From the NCBI RefSeq assembly GCF_000009705.1, contig NC_003272.1, forward strand, positions 4,470,001-4,502,000: DNA of 32,000 nt, written 5' to 3'. The DNA is from Nostoc sp. PCC 7120 = FACHB-418. GTDB lineage: Bacteria > Cyanobacteriota > Cyanobacteriia > Cyanobacteriales > Nostocaceae. The position numbers and the translations under genes were made by a program. This document shows, piece after piece, positions 8,870 to 18,052 of the stretch (the first letter of the stretch is position 1; each line of letters opens with the position of its first letter). A model generated the notes under the pieces. The model saw only the letters and a list, made by a program, of their open reading frames with translations, was not told where the DNA came from and did not search any database.

Positions 8870-10294
8870 ATGTCAAGGGTGACGGAAGAGCGTAGGTCAA
8901 GAGAGCAGCCACTTGATCTAGAACAACCTAAGATTTGGTGGGGTCTTGCTGTAGCCCTACCAGTAGCCGTGGCTGCGGGGTTACTAGCTACAGCTAAATT
9001 TGAGCAATTAAAAAGGCTAGGCCCATCCGTACCTGTTAAGCCAGTCATTACTAGTGTTAGTGCTGTGGGACGTTTAGAACCGCAAGGGGAAGTGATTAAA
9101 CTTTCGGCTCCCGTCGGAGGAATGCAATCAGCCTCACGAGTTAAACAACTCTTTGTGAAAGAGGGAGAACGGGTTAGGAAGGGTCAAGTTATAGCAATTT
9201 TGGATAACCACGATACCCAACTAGCAGCAGTGGAAGAAGCGAAAGCCAAATTACTGGAATCTCGCGCTAACTTGGCTCAAGTCCGGGTTGGTTCTCCCAG
9301 GGATATCCAAGCGCAAACAGCTGTGATTGCCCGCTTACAGGCGCAGTTAGTTGGTGAAATGGGGGCGCAACAAGCAAGCATTACGCGTATTGCATCCCAA
9401 TTAAGTGGGGAAAAGGTGGCGCAACAAGCACTAGTTAATCGTTTAGAAGCAGAACTTGTAGGCCAACAAGACTCTTTAAGAGCCACATTGAACCGCATTA
9501 GAGCCGAGCAGCGTAATGCTCAAGTAGATGCGGGACGCTATGATTTTCTCTACAGAGAAGGTGCTATTTCCCAGCAGGAGCGAGACAGAAGGCGACTGAC
9601 TGCGACTACTGCTAATCAACAGGTAATTGAAAGTCAAGCCGCTTTGAGACAGGCTCTAGCCACTCTCAGACAGCAAGTTGCTGAAGCTAGAGCTAATCAG
9701 ATGAAAACTCTAGCCAGTTTGCAACAGCAACTAATCGAAGCGAGAGTAACCCGCGATAAAACCATAACTACATTACAAAGACAAATTGACGAAGAAAAAG
9801 CCAGACTGAAAAGATTGGTGGAAGTTAGTCCTACTGATGTGCAGATGGCTCAAGCTCAAGTTAGTAATGCGATCGCCAACGTCAGAAGAGCCGAGGCCGA
9901 ATTAAAATTAAGCTACATTCAAGCACCCTCGGCGGGAGAAATCTTAAAAATTTATAGCAAGTCAGGAGAAGCCATCACCGCCGACGGTATAGCCGAAATG
10001 GGAGAAACCGAGCAAATGATGATTATTGCTGAAGTTCCTGAAGATAGTATTGGTCGGGTACGAATAGGCCAAACTGTCACAGCCAACAGCGATAACGGAG
10101 CCTTTAGCGGTGAAATCAGAGGAACAGTGACCGAGATTGGCAGAAAAATTGGCAAAAAGGATGTCTTAAATACAGATCCAGCAGCTGATGTTGATGCCAG
10201 AGTTGTTGAAGTCAAAATTGCCTTATCACCGGAAGATAGTCAAAAAGTTTCTGGTTTAACCTACGCCAAGGTAGTGGTTGACATTAATAAATAA
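8870..10294 (+). CDS. devB: ABC exporter membrane fusion protein, DevB family (heterocyst glycolipid export)
   Basis: 474 aa. It has an N-terminal TM (WWGLAVALPVAVAAGLLA), a long coiled-coil with ~18-aa internal repeats, and a HlyD-type beta-barrel end. It sits directly upstream of DevC-type and DevA-type genes and downstream of an NtcA promoter. Confidence 0.9.
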   Translation: MSRVTEERRSREQPLDLEQPKIWWGLAVALPVAVAAGLLATAKFEQLKRLGPSVPVKPVITSVSAVGRLEPQGEVIKLSAPVGGMQSASRVKQLFVKEGERVRKGQVIAILDNHDTQLAAVEEAKAKLLESRANLAQVRVGSPRDIQAQTAVIARLQAQLVGEMGAQQASITRIASQLSGEKVAQQALVNRLEAELVGQQDSLRATLNRIRAEQRNAQVDAGRYDFLYREGAISQQERDRRRLTATTANQQVIESQAALRQALATLRQQVAEARANQMKTLASLQQQLIEARVTRDKTITTLQRQIDEEKARLKRLVEVSPTDVQMAQAQVSNAIANVRRAEAELKLSYIQAPSAGEILKIYSKSGEAITADGIAEMGETEQMMIIAEVPEDSIGRVRIGQTVTANSDNGAFSGEIRGTVTEIGRKIGKKDVLNTDPAADVDARVVEVKIALSPEDSQKVSGLTYAKVVVDINK

Positions 10295-10334
10295 TCAATT
10301 TTCTGTTGATGAAAAAATCCAAATAATTACGGGA

Positions 10335-11492
10335 ATGAATCGTAAAAGAATCCCTCTATCTTGGTTACAATTAACGCGAGAAAAAACTCGCCTAGCCGTT
10401 GCTCTTGCGGGAATTGCCTTTGCTGATATTCTGATGTTTATGCAAATCGGTTTCCGCGATGCTCTTTACTATAGTAACGTTCGCTTACATACTAGTTTGC
10501 AAGGTGATATTGTTTTACTTAATAAACAATCCAACGCCGTACTAGCAATGAAACCCTTTTCACAACGGCGCTTGTATAAGTCTTTAGAACTACCATCAGT
10601 CCAATCCGTGCATCCTATCTATTTAGATTATTCAATTTGGAAGAATCCCTATACTGGTTTAACTCGTAGTATTTTGGTTTTTGGCATTAATCCAGAAACT
10701 AATATATTTAATTTAGCAGGAGTCCAGGAGAATTTAGATAAGCTCAAACTACCTGATACTGTTTTATTCGACCGTTCTTCTAGACCAGAATATGGGCCGA
10801 TCGCCAAGAATTTCGAGCAAGGTCAGAGTATTTCGGCAGAAGTGCGCCGTAGACGAATAAATGTTGTTGGTCTTTTTACCTTGGGTGCATCTTTTGGTGC
10901 AGATGGTAATTTAGTTACTAGCGATGTTAACTTTTTGCGGCTATTTCCTCTCCGTCGTCAAGGCTTAATTGATATTGGTTTAATTAGATTAAAACCAGGG
11001 GTAAATCCAAATACTGCTGTTCAGGAATTACGAAGTTATTTACCTGATGATATCAACGTACTAACTAAACAAGAGTTTATTGATTTTGAGCGTAATTATT
11101 GGGCAAGTAGTACAGCTATTGGCTTTATTTTTACCTTGGGAACAATCATGGGTTTTATTGTTGGTACAGTAATTGTTTATCAAATTCTCTATACAGAAGT
11201 TGCTGATCATTTATCTGAATACGCTACTTTGAAAGCAATAGGATATACCCAAAAATATCTATTAGGTGTGATTTTACAAGAAGCATTACTATTAGCTTGC
11301 TTGGGTTATTTACCTGGATGGATTTTTGCGATAATTCTGTATAAAACTGCTAGACAAGCTACATTGTTGCCTGTATTCATGAGCTATGATCGCGCTATCA
11401 CAGTGCTGATTCTCACAATGATTATGTGTTTTGTTTCCGGCTCAATCGCTGTACGCAAACTACGTTCTGCTGACCCAGCCGATATTTTCTAA
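10335..11492 (+). CDS. devC: ABC exporter permease, DevC family (FtsX-like)
   Basis: The track ORF starts at 10278 and overlaps the end of devB. The ATG at 10335 (MNRKRIPLSWLQLTREKTRLAVAL...) is the likelier start. It has an N-terminal TM, a large periplasmic loop and a C-terminal FtsX-like 3-TM bundle. Confidence 0.88.
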   Translation: MNRKRIPLSWLQLTREKTRLAVALAGIAFADILMFMQIGFRDALYYSNVRLHTSLQGDIVLLNKQSNAVLAMKPFSQRRLYKSLELPSVQSVHPIYLDYSIWKNPYTGLTRSILVFGINPETNIFNLAGVQENLDKLKLPDTVLFDRSSRPEYGPIAKNFEQGQSISAEVRRRRINVVGLFTLGASFGADGNLVTSDVNFLRLFPLRRQGLIDIGLIRLKPGVNPNTAVQELRSYLPDDINVLTKQEFIDFERNYWASSTAIGFIFTLGTIMGFIVGTVIVYQILYTEVADHLSEYATLKAIGYTQKYLLGVILQEALLLACLGYLPGWIFAIILYKTARQATLLPVFMSYDRAITVLILTMIMCFVSGSIAVRKLRSADPADIF

Positions 11493-11567
11493 AAAAATAA
11501 ATTAAAGATTAACCATGAATGATAATTTCATACCAAATTTTATAATATTAGGAATAAAATTTTCAGG

Positions 11568-11611
11568 TTTGAATTTTGTTGGCGCAGCCTTGCCGTAGGC
11601 TATTTTGAATT
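11568..11611. repeat. GC-rich ~28-nt insert flanked by TTTGAATT direct repeats, in the devC-devA spacer
   Basis: TTTGAATT occurs at 11568-11575 and 11604-11611. These copies flank ttgttggcgcagccttgccgtaggctat, which contains a 5-bp stem (agcct/aggct). The 11-mer TTTGAATTTTG (11568-11578) also occurs twice in the devB leader (8803-8813 and 8810-8820). Confidence 0.5.
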
Positions 11612-11675
11612 ATAAATTGTTTCCGGCACTACAGTTCCGTCTCGGAACTATTCACTCCTAGCAAACCTAAATATC

Positions 11676-12410
11676 ATGAGACAAGAAGCTGTAATTGCCA
11701 TTAAAAGCCTCAATCATTACTATGGTAAAGGCGCTCTCAAAAGGCAGATTTTATTTGATATAAACCTAGAAATTTATCCTGGGGAAATTGTAATTATGAC
11801 CGGGCCATCAGGTTCGGGTAAAACTACATTACTAAGCTTGATTGGTGGTTTGCGGTCGGTACAGGAGGGAAATCTGCAATTTTTAGGTGTTGAGTTGTCA
11901 GGTGCTAGCCAGAATAAACTGGTGCAGATTCGCCGCAGTATTGGTTATATATTTCAGGCTCACAATTTGCTGGGTTTTTTAACTGCAAGACAAAATGTGC
12001 AGATGGCGGTGGAATTGAACGAGCATATTTCCCAAGAAGAAGCGATCGCCAAAGCAGAGGCCATGCTGACAGCCGTAGGTCTAGAAAATCGTGTGGATTA
12101 CTACCCAGAAAATCTTTCTGGAGGACAAAAACAAAGAGTAGCGATCGCCCGCGCCCTAGTGAATAATCCGCCCTTGGTACTAGCAGACGAACCAACCGCC
12201 GCCTTAGATAAACAATCGGGACGTGATGTTGTGGAAATCATGCAGCGTCTCGCTAAAGACCAAGGTACTTCCATTTTGTTAGTTACCCACGATAACCGCA
12301 TTCTCGACATCGCTGATCGCATCGTCGAAATGGAAGATGGTATATTAGCTCGTGATTCCCAAACAGCGATTGTTAGTTATGATTCCGGCGCTTGGAACGA
12401 AACCCCTTAA
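11676..12410 (+). CDS. devA: ABC exporter ATP-binding protein, DevA family
   Basis: 244 aa. Walker A GPSGSGKTT, signature LSGGQKQRVAIARAL, Walker B LVLADEPTAALD, and the H-loop VTHD are all present. Confidence 0.9.
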   Translation: MRQEAVIAIKSLNHYYGKGALKRQILFDINLEIYPGEIVIMTGPSGSGKTTLLSLIGGLRSVQEGNLQFLGVELSGASQNKLVQIRRSIGYIFQAHNLLGFLTARQNVQMAVELNEHISQEEAIAKAEAMLTAVGLENRVDYYPENLSGGQKQRVAIARALVNNPPLVLADEPTAALDKQSGRDVVEIMQRLAKDQGTSILLVTHDNRILDIADRIVEMEDGILARDSQTAIVSYDSGAWNETP

Positions 12411-12441
12411 GTTTTGACTATTCTCATGGGGATAAATGACT

Positions 12442-12469
12442 GTAGGGACGTACATCTGTACGCCTCTAC
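12442..12469. terminator. Hairpin between the convergent devA and 12525-13325 genes
   Basis: gtagggacgtac / gtacgcctctac forms a ~12-bp stem with one mismatch and one G-U pair, and a 4-nt loop. No clear U-tract lies on either side. Confidence 0.45.
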
Positions 12470-12524
12470 CAAGGTATCTGTTATATTCATTTTTTAAATT
12501 GAGTATCAATGATGAATTTTGACT

Positions 12525-13325
12525 TTATTTAACGCCAGACTGCTTCTGAGGTGTGGAAGCATTTGCTTGACGACTGGTACGGAAAGTTACATTTACACCA
12601 TCATTCGATTGCTCTAACACTAACAAGGGCGTTGGTTTAGCCTTTTGATCCCAGTGCATATGAGCAATCCGACCCTGAATAGTTGGTTGCCATGTATCTT
12701 CATCATCCATTGGACTGAGATAAGTTTCAATACAGTCAATAATTTGGCTAATAGTCGTAGAAGTTGCTTGTGTTGGTAACTTCATTAAGCGAATTTGGAT
12801 GCGAAATAGTACTCGTTTAGCTGTGTTTGGGGGAGTACCAGTTTCATACTCGACATCAAAGATTTCATCAACTTGTCGTCCAGTAGTGTTGGCAATACCC
12901 ACAGTCCCCTGTTGCGATTGATTGGGACGCAAAGCTTGAGATATTTTATCTTTAATTCTAATTTTCACTTGATTGAGAATGGCAAAATGGAATACCTCTT
13001 CTGACATCCGCATCCGCAGATAATCGAGGTTAAAGTCCCGCGAGTTCACCAAGTCGGGATTCGTTTCCATTTTGCGAATTGTTTCGAGAGCGAGTTTAAA
13101 TTTTTTCTCTAGCTCTCTAGCACGAAATTTTTCAAACTTCAGTTTTTTCTCCATTTGCTTCATCTGGAGCCGACCATAAACCACTAAAGCAATCACCGCT
13201 AAAAGTAATCCCCCAGAGGTAGCCAGCAAAACAGGTGAGATTTGAGACTCGGCTGCTGGTTTTTGCTGGATTACTTTTTTTGTTTTTGGCGGTGGGGATT
13301 GGGCAATGAGTATTGGAGTTAGCAT
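12525..13325 (-). CDS. Hypothetical membrane-anchored protein with a lysine-rich coiled-coil segment
   Basis: 266 aa. It has a single TM (PVLLATSGGLLLAVIALVVYG) followed by KKLKFEKFRARELEKKFKLALETIRKME and a ~180-aa domain I do not recognise. Confidence 0.6.
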   Translation of the reverse strand: MLTPILIAQSPPPKTKKVIQQKPAAESQISPVLLATSGGLLLAVIALVVYGRLQMKQMEKKLKFEKFRARELEKKFKLALETIRKMETNPDLVNSRDFNLDYLRMRMSEEVFHFAILNQVKIRIKDKISQALRPNQSQQGTVGIANTTGRQVDEIFDVEYETGTPPNTAKRVLFRIQIRLMKLPTQATSTTISQIIDCIETYLSPMDDEDTWQPTIQGRIAHMHWDQKAKPTPLLVLEQSNDGVNVTFRTSRQANASTPQKQSGVK

Positions 13326-13430
13326 AGTGAGTAAACAGAAAAGTTTGACTACTTAGTGTTAGGATGCCCAAATTTATGCTTGTACATTGCTGTATTATGG
13401 GTATTTTTTACAGCTTCTCTCAAACCGCAT

Positions 13431-14243
13431 ATGTACATAAATTCCCATGTTGGTACTGGACATTCTACAAATCTGCAAAGACTTTCCCAAAATGCTGTGA
13501 CTGAGTTGAGCAATATTCGCCTCATTGCCACAGATATGGATGGTACTCTGACTCAGCAAGGAAGATTTTCTGCGGCTTTGTTGCAAACCCTAGAAAATTT
13601 AAAGGCTGCGGGGTTACCAATATTAATTGTCACCGGACGTTCAGCCGGTTGGGTAAGTGGAATTAGTAGCTTGATGCCAATTGCAGGGGCGATAGGGGAA
13701 AATGGGGGTTTGTTCTATCCTGCTGACAGTGAGCATCCATTACTATTAACACCCATTGCCGATTTAACTGGACATAGGCAGAACTTAGCTCTGGTTTTTC
13801 AAAAATTAAAACAGAAATTTCCCCAAATTCAAGAATCAGGGGATAATCGCTTTCGCATTACCGATTGGACATTTGATGTAGCTGGCTTGACTTTAGCGGA
13901 ACTACAACTTATTGGTAATCTCTGTCAAGATATGGGTTGGGGATTTACTTACAGCAACGTCCAGTGTCATATCAAACCACAAGGACAAGAAAAAGCGATC
14001 GCTCTCTTACAGGTGTTACAAAAATATTTTCCCGATTATTCCCCGACTCAGGTTGTAACCGTTGGCGATAGCCCTAACGATGAAAGTTTATTTAATCAGC
14101 GTTATTTTCCCCTTTCTGTCGGTGTGGCAAATGTGTTGAAATATGCACACCAATTACAACATCAACCTAGTTATGTCACTACTACGGCTGAGGGGGAAGG
14201 ATTTTGTGAGTTATGCAGTTATATTTTGGGCGTTGCCGAATGA
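13431..14243 (+). CDS. HAD-IIB family hydrolase (sugar-phosphatase-like)
   Basis: HAD motif I is DMDGTLT, motif II is VTGRS, and motif IV is VGDSPNDESLF. The track ORF begins at GTG 13356. The ATG at 13431 leaves a more typical ~35-aa lead before motif I. Confidence 0.75.
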   Translation: MYINSHVGTGHSTNLQRLSQNAVTELSNIRLIATDMDGTLTQQGRFSAALLQTLENLKAAGLPILIVTGRSAGWVSGISSLMPIAGAIGENGGLFYPADSEHPLLLTPIADLTGHRQNLALVFQKLKQKFPQIQESGDNRFRITDWTFDVAGLTLAELQLIGNLCQDMGWGFTYSNVQCHIKPQGQEKAIALLQVLQKYFPDYSPTQVVTVGDSPNDESLFNQRYFPLSVGVANVLKYAHQLQHQPSYVTTTAEGEGFCELCSYILGVAE

Positions 14244-14380
14244 ATCAATCCAAAATTCAATCACGATAGATGTCTACTGATTCCAACGATAGAAACTCGT
14301 TAACTGCCTCTTTAGTTGAGTTTGATATATTGAGTTTATTAAATGTTTGTTAAATCTTCACGCAAATTGCGAGTTAAGTT

Positions 14381-14680
14381 ATGAAATTAACTGTTACCAG
14401 TTTATTGTTTCTCAGTTTTCTGGTTTTGGCAGATGCTCCTGCTATGGCTCGAAATCAAAGTTCTTCCATTACTGGAAGTGTACGACAAGTTTGGGAAGAT
14501 GGATTTAGGCTAAACAGCAATGGTCGTTCCATTACAGTTGATACATATGATATCTGTGGAGATAATACCACCTCACAAATATCTGTGGGTGATCAAGTAA
14601 CCATAACGGGGGAATTTGATGGAGGAGAGTTTGATGCTTTCTCAGTGACTAAGGGTAATGGTAGAAGAGCTTGTCAGTAG
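14381..14680 (+). CDS. Small secreted protein, possibly OB-fold (YgiW/BOF-like)
   Basis: 99 aa with a signal peptide (MKLTVTSLLFLSFLVLADAPAMA). The pattern G.V......D.F.L...G..I.VD ... GD.V.I.GEFDGGEFDA resembles BOF proteins, but the product call is weak. Confidence 0.5.
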   Translation: MKLTVTSLLFLSFLVLADAPAMARNQSSSITGSVRQVWEDGFRLNSNGRSITVDTYDICGDNTTSQISVGDQVTITGEFDGGEFDAFSVTKGNGRRACQ

Positions 14681-14746
14681 AGAAGGTGTATTCAGTGGCG
14701 CATCTTTGATTCTATTGCGCCTCAATTAATCAGCGATCACAGTTTC

Positions 14747-14800
14747 TTGAACGCGCGTAAAACACCATCCCCTTGTGAGTGGTGTTTTACGCGTGTTCGA
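14747..14800. terminator. Long hairpin with a ~21-bp stem and 12-nt loop
   Basis: The core is a 14-bp perfect stem, cgcgtaaaacacca (14754-14767) / tggtgttttacgcg (14780-14793). It extends by 7 more pairs, including two G-U pairs. It lies between the 99-aa gene and uvrA, and no U-tract follows. Confidence 0.5.
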
Positions 14801-14828
14801 TAAATATTGGGAAATCTCTACTTAAAGC

Positions 14829-14842
14829 AGTACTATTGTTCT
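14829..14842 (+). promoter_or_regulatory. Cyanobacterial LexA box upstream of uvrA
   Basis: AGTACTATTGTTCT fits RGTACNNNDGTWCB at every position. It lies 71-84 nt upstream of the uvrA ATG, next to TATAAC (14845-14850). Confidence 0.6.
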
Positions 14843-14912
14843 ACTATAACCATAGTAAAAATAGTATTATTAAAAACTGTTTCACGCTGCCTCACTCTAT
14901 CACCCTGTCGAT

Positions 14913-17798
14913 ATGTCAGATAAAAAGCTAGCCGCATCCCTGAATGGACATCTTCCCTACGCCAATGACAATAGCCAGAATACCATTAGGATTCGGGGTG
15001 CGCGACAGCATAATCTGAAGAATATTGACTTGGAATTGCCACGCGATCGCCTGATCGTGTTTACTGGTGTATCAGGTTCGGGTAAGTCTTCCTTGGCGTT
15101 TGATACCATCTTCGCGGAAGGTCAACGGCGCTATGTGGAATCCCTCAGTGCTTACGCCAGACAATTTTTAGGACAATTAGATAAACCGGATGTGGAAGCC
15201 ATCGAAGGCTTAAGCCCGGCGATTTCCATTGACCAAAAATCTACATCTCACAACCCCCGTTCTACTGTGGGGACGGTGACAGAAATTTACGACTATTTGC
15301 GACTGTTGTTTGGTCGAGCTGGTGAACCCCATTGTCCCATCTGCGATCGCTGTATTGCACCCCAAACCATTGATGAGATGGTTGATAGAATTATGGAACT
15401 ACCAGACCGCACGCGCTTCCAAATTCTCGCGCCTGTTGTCAGGGGTAAGAAAGGAACTCACCGCAAATTATTATCTAGTTTGGCTTCCCAAGGCTTTGTC
15501 CGGATACGCGTTGATGGGGAAGTCCGTGAACTGTCTGATTCGATTGAGTTAGATAAAAATATTACTCATACCATTGAAGTTGTCATTGACCGACTGGTAA
15601 AAAAAGACGGTATTCAAGAACGTTTGGTAGATTCTCTGTCTACGTGTCTCAAACAAGCTGGTGGTATTGCTATTATTCTTGTCAGTCCTTCTACCGACAC
15701 ACCAGAAGAGAAAGACGAAGAATTAGTATTTTCAGAAAACTTTGCCTGTCCTGAACATGGCGCAGTTATGGAGGAGTTATCACCGCGCTTGTTCTCATTC
15801 AACTCTCCCTACGGTGCTTGTCCCAACTGTCACGGTTTGGGAACCCTCAGAAGATTTTCCCCAGAATTAGTCGTACCTGACCCTGAAGCTCCAGTATATG
15901 CGGCGATCGCTCCTTGGTCAGAAAAAGAAAATTCCTATTACCTGGAATTACTATATAGTCTAGGACAAACTCATAATTTTGAGTTGCAAATAAATTGGCA
16001 TAAGCTGACCCCAGAACAACAGCAAATTATTTTGTATGGGGAGAAACAGGAAGCTAAAGATAATCCTAAGACACCAAGTTTTAAAGGTGTATTGCCAATT
16101 TTACAACGCCAATATGAAGGCGGTTCCGAATTAATTAAGCAGAAATTAGAGCAGTATTTAATTGACCAACCATGTGAAGTTTGTCACGGCAAACGGTTAA
16201 AACCAGAAGCTTTGGCGGTGAAGTTGGGACAATATAATATCTTAGATTTAACTGGTGTTTCAATTCGGGATTGCCGAGAGAGAACAGAGCAATTAAAATT
16301 AAGCGATCGGCAGATGCAAATTGCCGATTTAGTGTTGCGAGAAGTGAAAGCTAGATTGCAATTCTTGTTAGATGTCGGCTTAGACTATCTTACCCTAGAC
16401 CGTGCAGCCATGACCCTCTCTGGTGGTGAAGCCCAACGCATTCGCCTTGCCACACAAATTGGTTCTGGCTTAACAGGTGTTCTCTACGTTTTAGATGAAC
16501 CAAGTATTGGTTTACACCAAAGAGATAACGCAAGATTACTCAAAACTTTAACTAAATTAAGGGATTTAGGTAATACCCTAATTGTAGTTGAACACGATGA
16601 AGAAACAATCCGTGCTGCCGACTACCTAGTTGATATTGGGCCAGGTGCGGGTATCCACGGCGGTAATATTATTTCTCAAGGCGATTTGCAAGCTTTATTA
16701 ACAGCAGAAGAGTCTCTTACTGGTGCATATTTATCGGGACGTAAAGTCATTAATACACCAGGAGAACGCCGCGAAGGTAACGGTCGGAGTTTAAGCATTA
16801 AAAATGCCTATCGCAATAATTTAAGAAATATTGACGTAGAAATTCCCTTGGGTAAATTAGTTGCTGTCACCGGAGTATCTGGTTCTGGTAAATCGACTTT
16901 AATTAACGAATTACTTTACCCATCACTACAACATCATCTAACTAAAAAAGTTCCTTTACCTAAAGAATTAGAGAAAATTCAGGGGTTGAGTGCAGTCGAT
17001 AAAGCCATCGTCATCGACCAATCACCCATCGGACGCACACCACGTTCTAACCCCGCAACTTACACAGGAGTTTTTGACGTAATTCGAGACGTATTTTCAC
17101 AAACAGTAGAAGCCAAAGCCAGAGGTTACAAACCCGGACAATTTTCTTTCAACGTTAAAGGTGGACGTTGTGAAGCCTGTAGTGGACAGGGTGTAAATGT
17201 CATAGAGATGAACTTTCTCCCTGATGTTTATGTACAGTGTGAAATTTGCAAAGGAGCAAGATACAATCGCGAAACGTTGCAAGTGAAATATAAAGATAAA
17301 TCTATTTCTGACGTTCTCAACATGACTGTTGAGGAGAGTTTAGATTTTTTCCAAAACATCCCCAAGGCTGCTACAAGGTTGCAAACTTTAGTGGATGTTG
17401 GCTTAGGCTATGTTCAACTAGGACAGCCCGCAACTACCTTATCTGGTGGCGAAGCGCAAAGGGTAAAATTAGCCACAGAATTATCTCGCCGTGCTACAGG
17501 TAAGACACTTTATTTAATCGACGAACCTACTACGGGGTTATCTTTTTACGATGTCCACAAATTATTAGATGTGTTGCAAAGATTGGTAGATAAAGGTAAC
17601 TCAATTTTAGTTATTGAACACAACTTAGATGTGATTCGTTGTGCTGATTGGGTGATTGATTTGGGGCCAGAAGGTGGTGATAAGGGGGGAGAAGTGATTG
17701 CTGTTGGGACACCGGAGGAAATTGCTAAAAATACTAGGTCTTATACCGGGCAATATTTACAGCAGGTGTTAGAACAGTATCCTGCGGTGGTAAATTAA
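14913..17798 (+). CDS. uvrA: Excinuclease ABC subunit A
   Basis: 961 aa. It has two ABC modules (GVSGSGKSS and GVSGSGKST; LSGGEAQR twice) and zinc-finger Cys pairs (CPICDRC, CPNCHG, CEVCHG, CEACSG...CEICKG). Confidence 0.97.
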   Translation: MSDKKLAASLNGHLPYANDNSQNTIRIRGARQHNLKNIDLELPRDRLIVFTGVSGSGKSSLAFDTIFAEGQRRYVESLSAYARQFLGQLDKPDVEAIEGLSPAISIDQKSTSHNPRSTVGTVTEIYDYLRLLFGRAGEPHCPICDRCIAPQTIDEMVDRIMELPDRTRFQILAPVVRGKKGTHRKLLSSLASQGFVRIRVDGEVRELSDSIELDKNITHTIEVVIDRLVKKDGIQERLVDSLSTCLKQAGGIAIILVSPSTDTPEEKDEELVFSENFACPEHGAVMEELSPRLFSFNSPYGACPNCHGLGTLRRFSPELVVPDPEAPVYAAIAPWSEKENSYYLELLYSLGQTHNFELQINWHKLTPEQQQIILYGEKQEAKDNPKTPSFKGVLPILQRQYEGGSELIKQKLEQYLIDQPCEVCHGKRLKPEALAVKLGQYNILDLTGVSIRDCRERTEQLKLSDRQMQIADLVLREVKARLQFLLDVGLDYLTLDRAAMTLSGGEAQRIRLATQIGSGLTGVLYVLDEPSIGLHQRDNARLLKTLTKLRDLGNTLIVVEHDEETIRAADYLVDIGPGAGIHGGNIISQGDLQALLTAEESLTGAYLSGRKVINTPGERREGNGRSLSIKNAYRNNLRNIDVEIPLGKLVAVTGVSGSGKSTLINELLYPSLQHHLTKKVPLPKELEKIQGLSAVDKAIVIDQSPIGRTPRSNPATYTGVFDVIRDVFSQTVEAKARGYKPGQFSFNVKGGRCEACSGQGVNVIEMNFLPDVYVQCEICKGARYNRETLQVKYKDKSISDVLNMTVEESLDFFQNIPKAATRLQTLVDVGLGYVQLGQPATTLSGGEAQRVKLATELSRRATGKTLYLIDEPTTGLSFYDVHKLLDVLQRLVDKGNSILVIEHNLDVIRCADWVIDLGPEGGDKGGEVIAVGTPEEIAKNTRSYTGQYLQQVLEQYPAVVN

Positions 17799-18052
17799 GC
17801 TACTATAGCTGGGGACTGGGTGAAAAGTCTTGTTGTGTCTAGGTTGTATCATCTATTAACGTCCTAACACTACTGGCGACAGCTATATTTATAAAGTAAA
17901 TCTTTAGACAATAAGACGACGTAGCATAATCCTAGTCATAACAGCATATATGACTGCTTCGCTCTATGTAAATAGACCGTGTATGATGTAACTTATACTT
18001 ACGCTAACTCTTTTCTTCTCGCTTCTAGATTTACTTTATCAATAGCCTTTAA

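Noticed and set aside
8641-9048. Minus-strand ORFs 8641-8844 (67 aa) and 8848-9048 (66 aa)
   Set aside because: The first lies in the AT-rich devB leader and is built largely from the repeat elements. The second is antisense to the devB 5' end. Neither has recognisable motifs.
17799-18052. A tRNA or small RNA gene in the uvrA-argS convergent spacer
   Set aside because: There is no T-loop (GGTTCGAAT-like) or cloverleaf. Only a weak 7-bp AT-rich hairpin (17934-17955) is present, which is not enough to call a feature.
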